In this document: piece after piece, positions 30,379 through 39,437 of the stretch
Position numbering within the stretch: the stretch's first letter is position 1
Layout of the letters: the number at the start of each line of letters is the position of its first letter
Origin: an uncultured Fibrobacterota bacterium
GTDB lineage: Bacteria; Fibrobacterota; Chitinivibrionia; Chitinivibrionales; FEN-1185
Length of the DNA stretch: 64,000 nucleotides
NCBI GenBank assembly: GCA_963729895.1
Contig: CAVSQB010000014.1
Span: 11,002-75,001 of the forward strand
Direction: 5' to 3'
Position numbers and translations under genes: made by a program
The notes under the pieces: model-generated
The model's input: the letters and a program-made list of their open reading frames with translations, nothing else
Database searches by the model: none
What the model was told of the DNA's origin: nothing

Positions 30379-31140
30379 CTATGCGAATAATTCTCCAAGT
30401 AATTCCGCCACACCGCAGTATATCCCGCTTTCTTCCCCGATGTCCTGTGCGGTGCCGCCCGTTTCATCCATTCGTTTCACCGCCTCGTCGTAGGGCAGCA
30501 TAAACACCCTGTCGAACCCGCTTTCGTCAATTGCCTGCTTTTGCGCGCCCGTCAGTCCGGCCGTCGCGTGGGAAAGCCTGTTGACAACAAGCGCCTTGCG
30601 CCGCACGCGGGTCTTGAGCTCCTCAACCACCTCGCCCACCCGCCTGGCGGTGCGCAGGCCGCGTATTGACGGATCAGACACCGTGATGAGCCAGTCGACG
30701 TCGAGCAGCGTACGGCGCGACAGATGCTCGAGTCCGGCTTCGCAGTCCACAAGGATCCACGGGTAATTCCTTGCTATACGCGCAAGCACGTCACGGAGCA
30801 CGTTGTTGGCAAAGCAGTAGCAGCCCGGCCCCTCGGGCCTGCCCATCACGATAAGATCGAATCCCTTGCTTTCGACAAGCGCCTGGTTGATCTGCGCTTC
30901 AAGAAATTGCTGCTTAGACAGGCCGCCGCTCAGGGTCCCTGCCTTCTTCCTCGTATCCTCCCGAACCCCACCCACGGTTGCCGAATATGAGACGCCGAGC
31001 ATCTCGTTGAGATTCGCGTTGCTGTCCGCGTCAACGGCGAGCACCGGCGTCTTGCCATTTGCAACAAGCCAGCGCAGCATGAGTGCCGCGATAGTGGTCT
31101 TGCCTGTCCCGCCCTTGCCGGTGACCGCGATGGTGGTCAT
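30379..31140 (-). CDS. cooC: CooC/AcsF nickel-insertion ATPase
   Basis: GKGGTGKTT, DAD, GPGCYC and EAGLEHLSR motifs. Confidence 0.93.
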   Translation of the reverse strand: MTTIAVTGKGGTGKTTIAALMLRWLVANGKTPVLAVDADSNANLNEMLGVSYSATVGGVREDTRKKAGTLSGGLSKQQFLEAQINQALVESKGFDLIVMGRPEGPGCYCFANNVLRDVLARIARNYPWILVDCEAGLEHLSRRTLLDVDWLITVSDPSIRGLRTARRVGEVVEELKTRVRRKALVVNRLSHATAGLTGAQKQAIDESGFDRVFMLPYDEAVKRMDETGGTAQDIGEESGIYCGVAELLGELFA

Positions 31141-31164
31141 TACGGTTGTTTCCTGTGTTTGTCC

Positions 31165-31256
31165 GAGTTGATGAGTTTATGAGTTAATGGGTTGATGGGT
31201 TAATGAAAATCTGTTGATTTCCGCATCAACACATCAACTCTCCAACCCATCAACCG
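31165..31256. repeat. Inverted arrays of 8-bp tandem repeats
   Basis: Five G(A/G)GTTNAT units at 31165-31204 and four reverse-complement-like units (ATCAACAC, ATCAACTC, TCCAACCC, ATCAACCG) at 31225-31256. Confidence 0.85.
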
Positions 31257-32311
31257 CGCACCCTGAGCGCCGCCGACGTTTGCGCCAGCACCTCGAATAC
31301 CCTCTCCGCAAGCGGTTCGGCGAGAGATCCGGTTCCGCACGACGGCGTGACCATGCTCTGGTTGTGAATCAGTTCCCTGTCGATCCCCTTTGCCGTGAGC
31401 CCGTAAACAGCTTTGTCGTATTTCGCAACAAGCGATTCGGCGGTTTCGACGGTGATCTTTTCCGATGTGGGCACAATGCCCCAGGCGATACGGTTGCCCT
31501 GAATGAGAAACTCGCCGATCTCTTTCGCATACAGCGCAATGGATTCGCCGTAGCCGTAGGCATCGAAGTTGATGATGTCCACTCCGGCCTCGATGAGAAT
31601 CGGCCACTCGGTGTTGCCGCAACAGTGCACGCCGCATAAGGCTCCCGCGCCGTGAATAGCCTCGGCCACCTCGGCCATCGCCGCGATCACGTCATCGCGC
31701 TGGACCGAAACGTACGTGGAGGACCCGAACGCGGACAATATTGGTTCGTCAACGAAGCAGATGAGATCGTCGGCGTACGGCTTGAACAAACCAAGCTGCC
31801 ACCGGCATTTTGCGGCGCACCCCTTTATGATGATGTCGCGAAACGCCTCGTTGTAGTAAATGGCGCGCTTGTTTTCATCCACAATCGACAGACCGATGGA
31901 AAGCGGGCCTGTGGTCTGAACTTTGAGCCACGACCGCTTCCCGCCGCCGACTTTTAGTTTGTCAAGCAGCGCATAAATCCCTCGTGAGAACGCCGGCGTG
32001 ATCGCAAACGCTCCCCAGTCGTCGCTTTCCTGGGAGGCCATGAACCTTTCGTAAAACACGGCCATGGCCGCAGCGCTTGTGTCCTGGTCGGCAGTGTCGA
32101 AAAACATTCTTCCTTTGACCTCGTCGATAACGGCGCAGGGCAGGCCTTCGGAATACTGGATCTCCATCTGCTCGCGCAGGCCCAGCTTCGGCAGCTGCGG
32201 CCAGATGGGACAATCCGGGATGTTGTCAAGGACGAGGCTCAGGGCAGTTTCCGCGTTGGTGTGCGGCAGGCTGCCGATGGCGGTGGCAAGAAATTTTGTT
32301 TCTGCTGTCAT
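31250..32311 (-). CDS. Core (single-barrel) cobalamin-independent-type methionine synthase, MesB-like
   Basis: About 350 aa; TAIGSLPH, WPQLP, KVQTTGP, DEP, Zn-ligand motifs GVHCCG and TPSCG; lacks the N-terminal folate-binding half of MetE. Confidence 0.85.
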   Translation of the reverse strand: MTAETKFLATAIGSLPHTNAETALSLVLDNIPDCPIWPQLPKLGLREQMEIQYSEGLPCAVIDEVKGRMFFDTADQDTSAAAMAVFYERFMASQESDDWGAFAITPAFSRGIYALLDKLKVGGGKRSWLKVQTTGPLSIGLSIVDENKRAIYYNEAFRDIIIKGCAAKCRWQLGLFKPYADDLICFVDEPILSAFGSSTYVSVQRDDVIAAMAEVAEAIHGAGALCGVHCCGNTEWPILIEAGVDIINFDAYGYGESIALYAKEIGEFLIQGNRIAWGIVPTSEKITVETAESLVAKYDKAVYGLTAKGIDRELIHNQSMVTPSCGTGSLAEPLAERVFEVLAQTSAALRVRG

Positions 32312-32363
32312 GAGTAATCCCTTTGTCAGTCGATCCGGAGGGGAAACGGCGGCTGGTTGACCC

Positions 32364-33173
32364 TCATAGCTTGTTTCTAGCCGCACTTATCAACAATCGC
32401 TCTGCTATCTTCCCGAATTCCGCCTTGAGATCATTTGTCCCCGGCATATCGAAAATCGAAGCTCCCTTGCGATCCGCGTCAATAAATCGCTCGTCAAACG
32501 GAATCTTCCCCAGCACGTTCACCGAGGCAAACTCTTCCGACAGTAAGGCCCGCTCGTCATCGTCGTTTCTTATCTTGTTAAGAACGAACCCGAGCTTACC
32601 GGATAGGCCTATGTCTTTCGACAGGGCGATGATCCGCCTCGCCGTCTCCGTGCTGCGTGTGCCCGGTTCCAGCACTATCACCATTGCGTCAACGCCCTGC
32701 GCGGTCGCCCTGCCAAGGTGCTCGATGCCCGGCTCCATGTCGACGACGACGGTTTCTCCTTCGTGAAGAACAAGGTGCCTGATGAGCTTCTTGAGGAAAA
32801 CGTTTTCCGGGCATGCGCAGCCGCCGCCGCCCGACTTCACCGCTCCGAGAACGAGCAGCGCGATGCCGTCGTACAACACGCCATACTTCTGTGCAATGTC
32901 GGAAACATCGGGAGACAGCGAGAACATCTGGCCCTGTCTTCCCGGACGCGCGCCCGTTCGCTGCTCGATGAGGTCGGATTCGTGAGCCAGCGGACGGATG
33001 CGCGCTTTGAGTTCGCGCGAAAGGCCGAGGGCGGACGCAAGATTGGCGTCCGGGTCCGCATCAATTGCAACCACTTTGAATCCCTTGCTGCAGAGTACGG
33101 TGCAAAGCGCGGCCGCCAGGGTCGACTTGCCGACCCCGCCTTTTCCGGAAACTGCCACTTTGAGGCCTTTCAT
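32364..33173 (-). CDS. cooC: Second CooC nickel-insertion ATPase
   Basis: GKGGVGKS, DADPDANL, GCACPEN and EPGIEHLGR motifs. Confidence 0.93.
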   Translation of the reverse strand: MKGLKVAVSGKGGVGKSTLAAALCTVLCSKGFKVVAIDADPDANLASALGLSRELKARIRPLAHESDLIEQRTGARPGRQGQMFSLSPDVSDIAQKYGVLYDGIALLVLGAVKSGGGGCACPENVFLKKLIRHLVLHEGETVVVDMEPGIEHLGRATAQGVDAMVIVLEPGTRSTETARRIIALSKDIGLSGKLGFVLNKIRNDDDERALLSEEFASVNVLGKIPFDERFIDADRKGASIFDMPGTNDLKAEFGKIAERLLISAARNKL

Positions 33174-33403
33174 AGCCCGGTCCCGCTCAAAAATTAATGG
33201 TATAAAATAATTAACATTACGTTACACAGGGACCCGTATTTCCGGAATCCCCACAAAAAGTACTCACCCCTTCTTGTGGGAGATGTACTATTTTTCACTT
33301 CTTCGTGCCCCTGTGCCGGAACGTCACACGCGGGCCTTTTCGTAGGCCTTTTGTTAAGCAGAGGCCGACTCCTTTTCCAACACCGAAACCGGGAAAGACC
33401 TTA

Positions 33404-34369
33404 ATGTTCAGACCTCAAATCAAAGTATGCGATTGCACCATCCGCGACGGCGGATTGATGAACAACTCCAAGTTCACGCTCGAGACCGTCCGCAACATCT
33501 ATGCCGCCTGCAGCAGCGCGGGTGTCGACATCATCGAACTCGGGTACAGGAACAGCAGGGACCACTTCTCTCCCGACAAGTACGGCGCGTGGCGGTTCTG
33601 CGACGAGGACATGCTGAAAAAGGCCACCGATGGCATTCCCAAGACCGCCAAAGTCGCCGTGATGCAGGATGCGCATAAAGCAAGTGCTGACGACATTTTT
33701 CCAAAGTCGGAGAGCGTGGTGGACATCGTGCGCGTCGCCACCTACGTCAAGGACGTGGACAAGGCGATCGCGCTCGCGAACAACGCCACCGGCAAGGGAT
33801 ACGCGGCCACCATCAATATCATGGCCATCTCGCACGTGCTTGAGCGCGACCTCGATGAGGCGCTGCAGCAGATTGAAGCGGAAACGAGCATTGTGGCGTG
33901 CTACATCGTGGACAGTTTCGGTTCGCTGTACAGCGAGGACATCGATTACCTCGTCCACAAGTTCCAGCGCTACCTCAGGACCAAGGAAATCGGCATTCAT
34001 TGCCACAACCAGATGCAGCTGGGATTTGCAAACACCATTGAAGCGATTATCAAGAACGTCAATTACCTCGACGGCACCATCTACGGCCTCGGACGCGCGG
34101 CGGGAAATTGCCCGCTCGAACTGCTCATGGGGTTCCTTAAGAACCCGAAGTTCGACATCAGCCCGATCCTCGACGTCATCGAAACCACAATACTCCCGCT
34201 TCGCAAGGATATGGAATGGGGCTACAATGTGCCCTACATGATTGCGGGCATGCTCAACATCCACCCGCTTGACGCGATGAAATACGTGGACCAGCAGCGT
34301 GACAACGGCAAGGTGGACGGCTTCGTGAAGTTCTACGAGAGGATGAGGGCGGAGGACGTTTCAACGTAG
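33404..34369 (+). CDS. HMGL-like (DRE-TIM) aldolase-domain protein, 4-hydroxy-2-oxovalerate aldolase-like
   Basis: DCTIRDGG, DSFG, HCHN and GLGRAAGNCPLE motifs. Confidence 0.85.
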   Translation: MFRPQIKVCDCTIRDGGLMNNSKFTLETVRNIYAACSSAGVDIIELGYRNSRDHFSPDKYGAWRFCDEDMLKKATDGIPKTAKVAVMQDAHKASADDIFPKSESVVDIVRVATYVKDVDKAIALANNATGKGYAATINIMAISHVLERDLDEALQQIEAETSIVACYIVDSFGSLYSEDIDYLVHKFQRYLRTKEIGIHCHNQMQLGFANTIEAIIKNVNYLDGTIYGLGRAAGNCPLELLMGFLKNPKFDISPILDVIETTILPLRKDMEWGYNVPYMIAGMLNIHPLDAMKYVDQQRDNGKVDGFVKFYERMRAEDVST

Positions 34370-34787
34370 AAAGAATGCATCGGGTTGGTGCGCGGTGCCG
34401 CGATTGCTAAATAAGATGCTTCTGGTTTGCAGAGCCGGTGCGGCGTGGTGGATGTACCCTTGGCAATTCAAAATTAATCATTCTGGCGCCCCGCTGCTTC
34501 GCAGTGGCGGCCCTCCCCCTTCACGATCGGCCCGTCGGCCTCGGTACCGCCTGTCCCTACAGCCTTCGGCTCGGGATCAGGCGGTACTGTGCTTTACCAC
34601 ACGTTCCGGTCCGGCTTGGCGCTTGGCAGAAGAGCAATTCCACAATTGTCAACGTTTTCTATGAGATAATGCATTCAAGACTTAACCTGTCCAGCGACAC
34701 TTCTTGGGTGCCCCCCAGCCGAGGATTGGATTCTCGCAAATAAACTCCCTGGGGGGTCACCCGGCTCAGCCATCCAATGCGTTTGAT

Positions 34788-35960
34788 TTATATCAAATGC
34801 CGCATGGCAAACACAAGGCGCGGAAACCTGCCAAGGCTCAGCCTGATGATCCTAGTGATGGTAAGCTTTCCCTGCGGAATTTTCGACAGTTCCGAAAAAG
34901 CCGTGTTGTAGTCGGCGTCGGGCATCTTGCTAAGTGCGCCTTTTGCACGCGACAACTTACCGTGTTTCTTCCCCAGCGCCAGATGCCACCGTCTCCGATA
35001 CTCTTTGCAACAGGAACTCACTTGGTTCGCCGATTTCGCTCCGAGCGCCTTGAGGGCGAACGCGCCGGCCAGCTTGCCGCTTTCCAGCGCCTCAACGATT
35101 CCGGCGCGTGTGAACGGGTTGACCGCGCTGGCAGCGTCGCCCGCCTTGAACAGCCTGCGCGCGGCGATGACCTGCGGGCGGCCTTCGCAGGGTATTGCGC
35201 CGGCCCACCGGTGCGTTATTTTCGCATTCGGAAAGTTGCGCTCGACAAGCGCGTCGAGTTTTTTCCGAATGTCACACCCGGCACGGTAGTCGCGGCCCAT
35301 CACTATCCCGATGCTTGCCGTGTTTTCCCCGCGGGGAAACGCCCATCCGTACCCGCCGGGCGCAATGTCTCTCCCGAGATAGATGTGAATGGCGTCGCGC
35401 CGGATGCCGGTGTTTTCGGCGATCACAAAATAGGCGGGCTCCAGATCGGGCGGTTTCCAGGCTATTTTCTCCTTCTTGCCGAACCCGGCCACAGGGCCGG
35501 ACGCATCGATTACCACGCGGCCCAGTACGGATTGGCCGTTTGCAAAGCAGACTTGCCGCTGCGATTCCTTTTCCGGCGCGATTTCCGTCACTCGTTCGCC
35601 CAGCCGCACCTCTGCCCCGAGCGCCCTGCACTGGCCGGCCATGTCCGCTTGCATGCGCGGCCTATTGATGATACATCCCGCGTCTTGTGCAGTATGCTCG
35701 ATTTTTGAACCGTTTGGGGAATGAAGCACAACCGTGCTGATGTAAAACCGCGTCCACTCCGGCCTTTCTCCCGCCGCCGCTCTGAACTGCTTTGTCCACA
35801 CGCCTTCGGCACAGGCAATGGGCTTTTCCCATGGTACCACCTTGTCAACAAGGAGAACCGACGGTTTCGGCGCTGCCGACAGAGCCCGCAGTGCCGCGCC
35901 CAGGCCCGCGGGCCCGGCGCCGATAATGACGATGTCGAAGGTTTCTTGCATTGTTGGCAT
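34788..35960 (-). CDS. Geranylgeranyl reductase-family FAD oxidoreductase
   Basis: IIGAGPAG, CAEG, IDASG, PGGYGWAFP and GDAA..VNP...GI motifs. Confidence 0.88.
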   Translation of the reverse strand: MPTMQETFDIVIIGAGPAGLGAALRALSAAPKPSVLLVDKVVPWEKPIACAEGVWTKQFRAAAGERPEWTRFYISTVVLHSPNGSKIEHTAQDAGCIINRPRMQADMAGQCRALGAEVRLGERVTEIAPEKESQRQVCFANGQSVLGRVVIDASGPVAGFGKKEKIAWKPPDLEPAYFVIAENTGIRRDAIHIYLGRDIAPGGYGWAFPRGENTASIGIVMGRDYRAGCDIRKKLDALVERNFPNAKITHRWAGAIPCEGRPQVIAARRLFKAGDAASAVNPFTRAGIVEALESGKLAGAFALKALGAKSANQVSSCCKEYRRRWHLALGKKHGKLSRAKGALSKMPDADYNTAFSELSKIPQGKLTITRIIRLSLGRFPRLVFAMRHLI

Positions 35961-36197
35961 AATATACTTCAAGATGCGCCGCTTTGGCCCGTACTGCCGC
36001 GCGTTTCCCTCTCCGAAAAAGCCACGGATGACAGTACCTTGCGTTCGGGTTTTTTCTTGCTTTCTGAATACCGCAATAGTAAATTTTGCTTGGGTCTGTC
36101 CGGACCTGCGCGTCAATCAGCTTACGGGGCGGAATAACAGCGCGCTGGAGCCGTTGAAAAAAACGTTTTCTTAACCGATTTTTCACAGAGGTCTTCT

Positions 36198-37319
36198 ATG
36201 AACAAGATAACCGCCATCCTGATGGTATCCGCCGCAGTGGTGTTCGCCGAGGACGTGGCGGTCTTCCCGCCCGAAGGCGTCAATACCGATCGCAGTTACA
36301 TCGACGCCTTTGGCATGGTTCTCGCCCAGAAATACGCAAAGGTATCCGGTCTCAAGGTGATGTCTCCCCTTAAAGCCGCCAAGGGCGCGCCGATCGACTC
36401 CAACCACGTCCAGGCTGCGGCAAAACTTGGCGTATCGGAATATCTTGAAATCGAGGCCGTCGGCCTGTATTTGAGCAAGAAAGAGGCAAAGGAGCTGATT
36501 CATGATTCATCGGGCGCGACCAACGTGTACGTGAATGTTGACAACGCCAACTCCGGCGGCGGCAACGACGACCAGGAAAAGCTAGATAATCACAAGACCA
36601 TCGTCACCGTCTCCCGGGTGGATAAGAACGGCGGCGAAATTTACAAGGTGGAAATGACCTTGGTAACCTACGGCGACATAGAGGAGGCGAGCGAGCGGAT
36701 TGCCGAGGCCCTGTGGCGGAAAGTCCCGATCGAACAGACCCGCACCCTGACGAGCATCACCCGGCGCGAAGGGATGGGCAACAACCAGATGTTCAGCCTG
36801 AAGCGCAAGGGAATTAAGATCGGCGGAATCTATCCCTACGGGTGGAACTCCACGACGTTGTCGTCCATCGTCACCATCGGGTTCAGCATGCGGTTCGACG
36901 CGGAAAAGTATTTCCTCGAGATCGGCGGAGGAGGGAAGATTCCCACGGCGATGTACACCACGTCCGCGCGGTCGTACGGAGGCGGGTATCTCGATGTGGG
37001 AGGCAACTACTATCTCAAACCCGGCAATGTGGCCTGGTACATCGGCGGCGGCGTGAGCCCCGGGATATATTTCGCAACGTCGTCGGATGCATCCCCGGGC
37101 GTGTCTTTCGCTCTCGCACCGTACCTCCAGACGGGGATCATGTTGCCCCGGATGTCCAAGACGGCATTCTACGTTGAGGTACGCGTCGCACAGCACATCA
37201 TGCCCATTACAACGACCTACCAGTCCGACAGCACCACGTTGTACGGAACAACAACGGTTTCAGGGACTCAAGTTCTCCGTCCGCTGGAGGCCGGGATAAA
37301 TTTCGGGATTTGCTGGTAG
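36198..37319 (+). CDS. Hypothetical outer-membrane protein (periplasmic N-domain plus beta-barrel)
   Basis: Signal peptide; alternating aromatic/Gly strands; ends GINFGICW. Confidence 0.75.
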   Translation: MNKITAILMVSAAVVFAEDVAVFPPEGVNTDRSYIDAFGMVLAQKYAKVSGLKVMSPLKAAKGAPIDSNHVQAAAKLGVSEYLEIEAVGLYLSKKEAKELIHDSSGATNVYVNVDNANSGGGNDDQEKLDNHKTIVTVSRVDKNGGEIYKVEMTLVTYGDIEEASERIAEALWRKVPIEQTRTLTSITRREGMGNNQMFSLKRKGIKIGGIYPYGWNSTTLSSIVTIGFSMRFDAEKYFLEIGGGGKIPTAMYTTSARSYGGGYLDVGGNYYLKPGNVAWYIGGGVSPGIYFATSSDASPGVSFALAPYLQTGIMLPRMSKTAFYVEVRVAQHIMPITTTYQSDSTTLYGTTTVSGTQVLRPLEAGINFGICW

Positions 37320-37367
37320 GATCCGAATTGCTTTGCGCTTCCTTGTACCTTGCGTTTGGGCGCGCCC

Positions 37368-37763
37368 TTACCGGCATTGACTTTTGGGCAGCACGTAGTT
37401 TTGACCGACGTTGACGTTGTATTCCTTGCACAGTTCGCGCAGCTCGCCGTTGAGTTTCTCAAGCTCGTTGTGATAGGAATCGTCTCCCCCCTGGAATTTC
37501 TCGATGCCCTGCCGATGATTCACCGGAAATTTGTTGATCAGCGCATTCTTCCGATCGAGTTCATTAAGCCGGTTTTCGATAAGCCGGCTCTCTGTTCGGA
37601 AATCGGTATTGCCATGTTTCTTTCCGATTGGAGAGGCAGCGTCAAGCGTCCTGTGCGACATCGCGCGGGCCGGCGAGCGTTTTTGAACGCTGAGAACAAG
37701 AAGAAAGGCAAGAAGCGCCAGTTCCAGGAGGATCGGAACGGCATTGAGCGTATCTAGCGGCAT
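37368..37763 (-). CDS. Hypothetical membrane-anchored coiled-coil protein
   Basis: AAGAGG RBS; N-terminal TM; heptad-like segments. Confidence 0.55.
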   Translation of the reverse strand: MPLDTLNAVPILLELALLAFLLVLSVQKRSPARAMSHRTLDAASPIGKKHGNTDFRTESRLIENRLNELDRKNALINKFPVNHRQGIEKFQGGDDSYHNELEKLNGELRELCKEYNVNVGQNYVLPKSQCR

Positions 37764-37973
37764 ATTCGGCCTCTTCTTTTCCGATGCACATATCTTTGGT
37801 ATTCAATAATTAGACCTTTCACACTCGTCTCTTGTTTCCGGAGGATTAAGGCGCCTTCGCAACCCCTTTCACTTTTCATGGCACTTTAGGATGTCTCAGG
37901 GTAGAATGTATTTTCCATTTGCATCAAGCCCTTGAGACGTCCTTCTTTGCTTTTCAAAGGATCCTCACTTCAC

Positions 37974-38023
37974 GCGCCCTTAGCTCAATTGGATAGAGCA
38001 TCTGGCTTCGGAACGGAAGGTCG
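37974..38023 (+). pseudogene. 5' fragment of tRNA-Arg (TCG); probable att junction
   Basis: GCGCCCT-TA-GCTC-AATTGGATA-GAGC D-arm and TCTGG-CTTCGGA anticodon loop; no T-arm or 3' acceptor strand; integrase ends 40 bp downstream. Confidence 0.8.
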
Positions 38024-38063
38024 AACCCCAAAAACGCAGTTCTTGTGCAAAATTTCGGCACTT

Positions 38064-39161
38064 TTACACCGCCTCCACACTTTGACGCTTCACACTCGCT
38101 TCACATTTACGAGAAAATTGGATCGTTTGCGCGCTTCTCAGGCTGTCCTTGTGCCAATAGGTCGAAAGCATTGGAGTCTTCCACCCGGCAATGTCCATAA
38201 TGGCCCGTTCGCTGTTCCCGACCATGCACAAGTCGCTTGCCGCAACGTGCCGTAGATCGTGGACACGGACATTTTGCAGGCCCGCCGTCTTTAGGCATGT
38301 GCGCCATGCGTTCTTGAAATCCCCCAGGGAATGATACCCGTCTTTCTCCTGTCGAAAGAACAACCACGGGCAACCGGCCGGGATATTCTGGAAATAGTCT
38401 TTCATTTCCTCCGGCACGGGTTTATGTATTGGTATTCCCGCCTTGCTTTTCGGCACATAGATTGTATTCGTGAAGGCGTTGTACGCTTCCCTGGGAAGGT
38501 TCACAAGTTCACCCTTCCGGCACGGCACGAGCAAGGAATACCGGACAAAGGGCAAGAGGTACGGCGCGCGCGCTTCAATGGCATTCAGAAGCCGCCCGCG
38601 TTCGTCCTCGCTCAAGTAGCGGTCCCTTGGGGTTTCCTTTGCCTTTGGAAACCGCGCCTTTGTAATGGGGTTCTCCTTGAGCAATCCAAGTGCAAGCGCG
38701 AGGTTGAAGGCCGCCCGGACATACTCAATAATCCGGTTTGCCGCCGCGTTACTCGGAAGCCGCCCCTTCTGAGGGGTGTTCTCGTACCTTTTCAACGGGG
38801 TGTTCTTGTAAAGGCGTATGTATGCCTCGAAACGGTCCGGGAAGGCACATAACGGCACCTTGCCCAAGTCCGCCGAAAGCCTTTCAAGCTGAGACACGTC
38901 ACGGGGGAAAACTTTGTTCCGTTTTTCCCTGTAAATCGTGAGAAGTTCGTCAAAGGTTTGTGGTGATGTCAAAGAGCACCCGGCACCATCGCCGCGTATT
39001 TCCCGCTTCATTTCCGCGAGCAATTCCCGCGCGCGCTCTTTGGTGCCCGTGATGGTTTCACGTAGCTGCACGATCTTTCCGTTTGCACGGACGCGAGCAA
39101 CAACGCGCCACCCATTTTCACCTACTGGCCGGAGTCCGGCCTCTCTCTTCCGGTAAATCAT
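38064..39161 (-). CDS. Tyrosine recombinase / phage-type integrase
   Basis: CRKGEL (Arg), KSK (Lys), HDLRH, IAGW and STY catalytic set. Confidence 0.93.
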   Translation of the reverse strand: MIYRKREAGLRPVGENGWRVVARVRANGKIVQLRETITGTKERARELLAEMKREIRGDGAGCSLTSPQTFDELLTIYREKRNKVFPRDVSQLERLSADLGKVPLCAFPDRFEAYIRLYKNTPLKRYENTPQKGRLPSNAAANRIIEYVRAAFNLALALGLLKENPITKARFPKAKETPRDRYLSEDERGRLLNAIEARAPYLLPFVRYSLLVPCRKGELVNLPREAYNAFTNTIYVPKSKAGIPIHKPVPEEMKDYFQNIPAGCPWLFFRQEKDGYHSLGDFKNAWRTCLKTAGLQNVRVHDLRHVAASDLCMVGNSERAIMDIAGWKTPMLSTYWHKDSLRSAQTIQFSRKCEASVKRQSVEAV

Positions 39162-39230
39162 TGCTTCATTCCTTCCGCAATGACAAACCGGACACGATAA
39201 CCACAATATACCATAAAATGCCCCGAAGTG

Positions 39231-39437
39231 CTACCTCTTGTCATAAAGCAAGCTCCCCGAAAGGAGCCGCTTTTCAATTTCCCGCACGGGATACCGCCAC
39301 AAGCGCCCCATGCGCACGCAGGGCAAACGACGCGCCGCCGTCCATTTGGTAACGGCTTTGAGGGACACGTTTACTTTTACGGCAAGCTGTCGAGCCGTTA
39401 AATATTCCGGTTCCGCCGTCGCTGTTGTCTCACTCAT
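39231..39437 (-). CDS. Excisionase-like HTH_17 DNA-binding protein
   Basis: YLTARQLA..VNVS..AV.KW...RLP.VRMGRLWRY pattern; next to the integrase. Confidence 0.88.
   Translation of the reverse strand: MSETTATAEPEYLTARQLAVKVNVSLKAVTKWTAARRLPCVRMGRLWRYPVREIEKRLLSGSLLYDKR

Noticed and set aside
31165..31256. CRISPR array
   Set aside because: The units are 8-bp tandem repeats without unique spacers, and there are no cas genes in the window.
33174..33403. SAM or cobalamin riboswitch upstream of the acs/Met operon
   Set aside because: No recognisable S-box or B12-box consensus by eye; an Rfam scan would be needed.
36085..36130. SRP RNA-like CAGGTCCGG on the minus strand
   Set aside because: It lacks the following AAGGAAGCAGC and the long enclosing stem.
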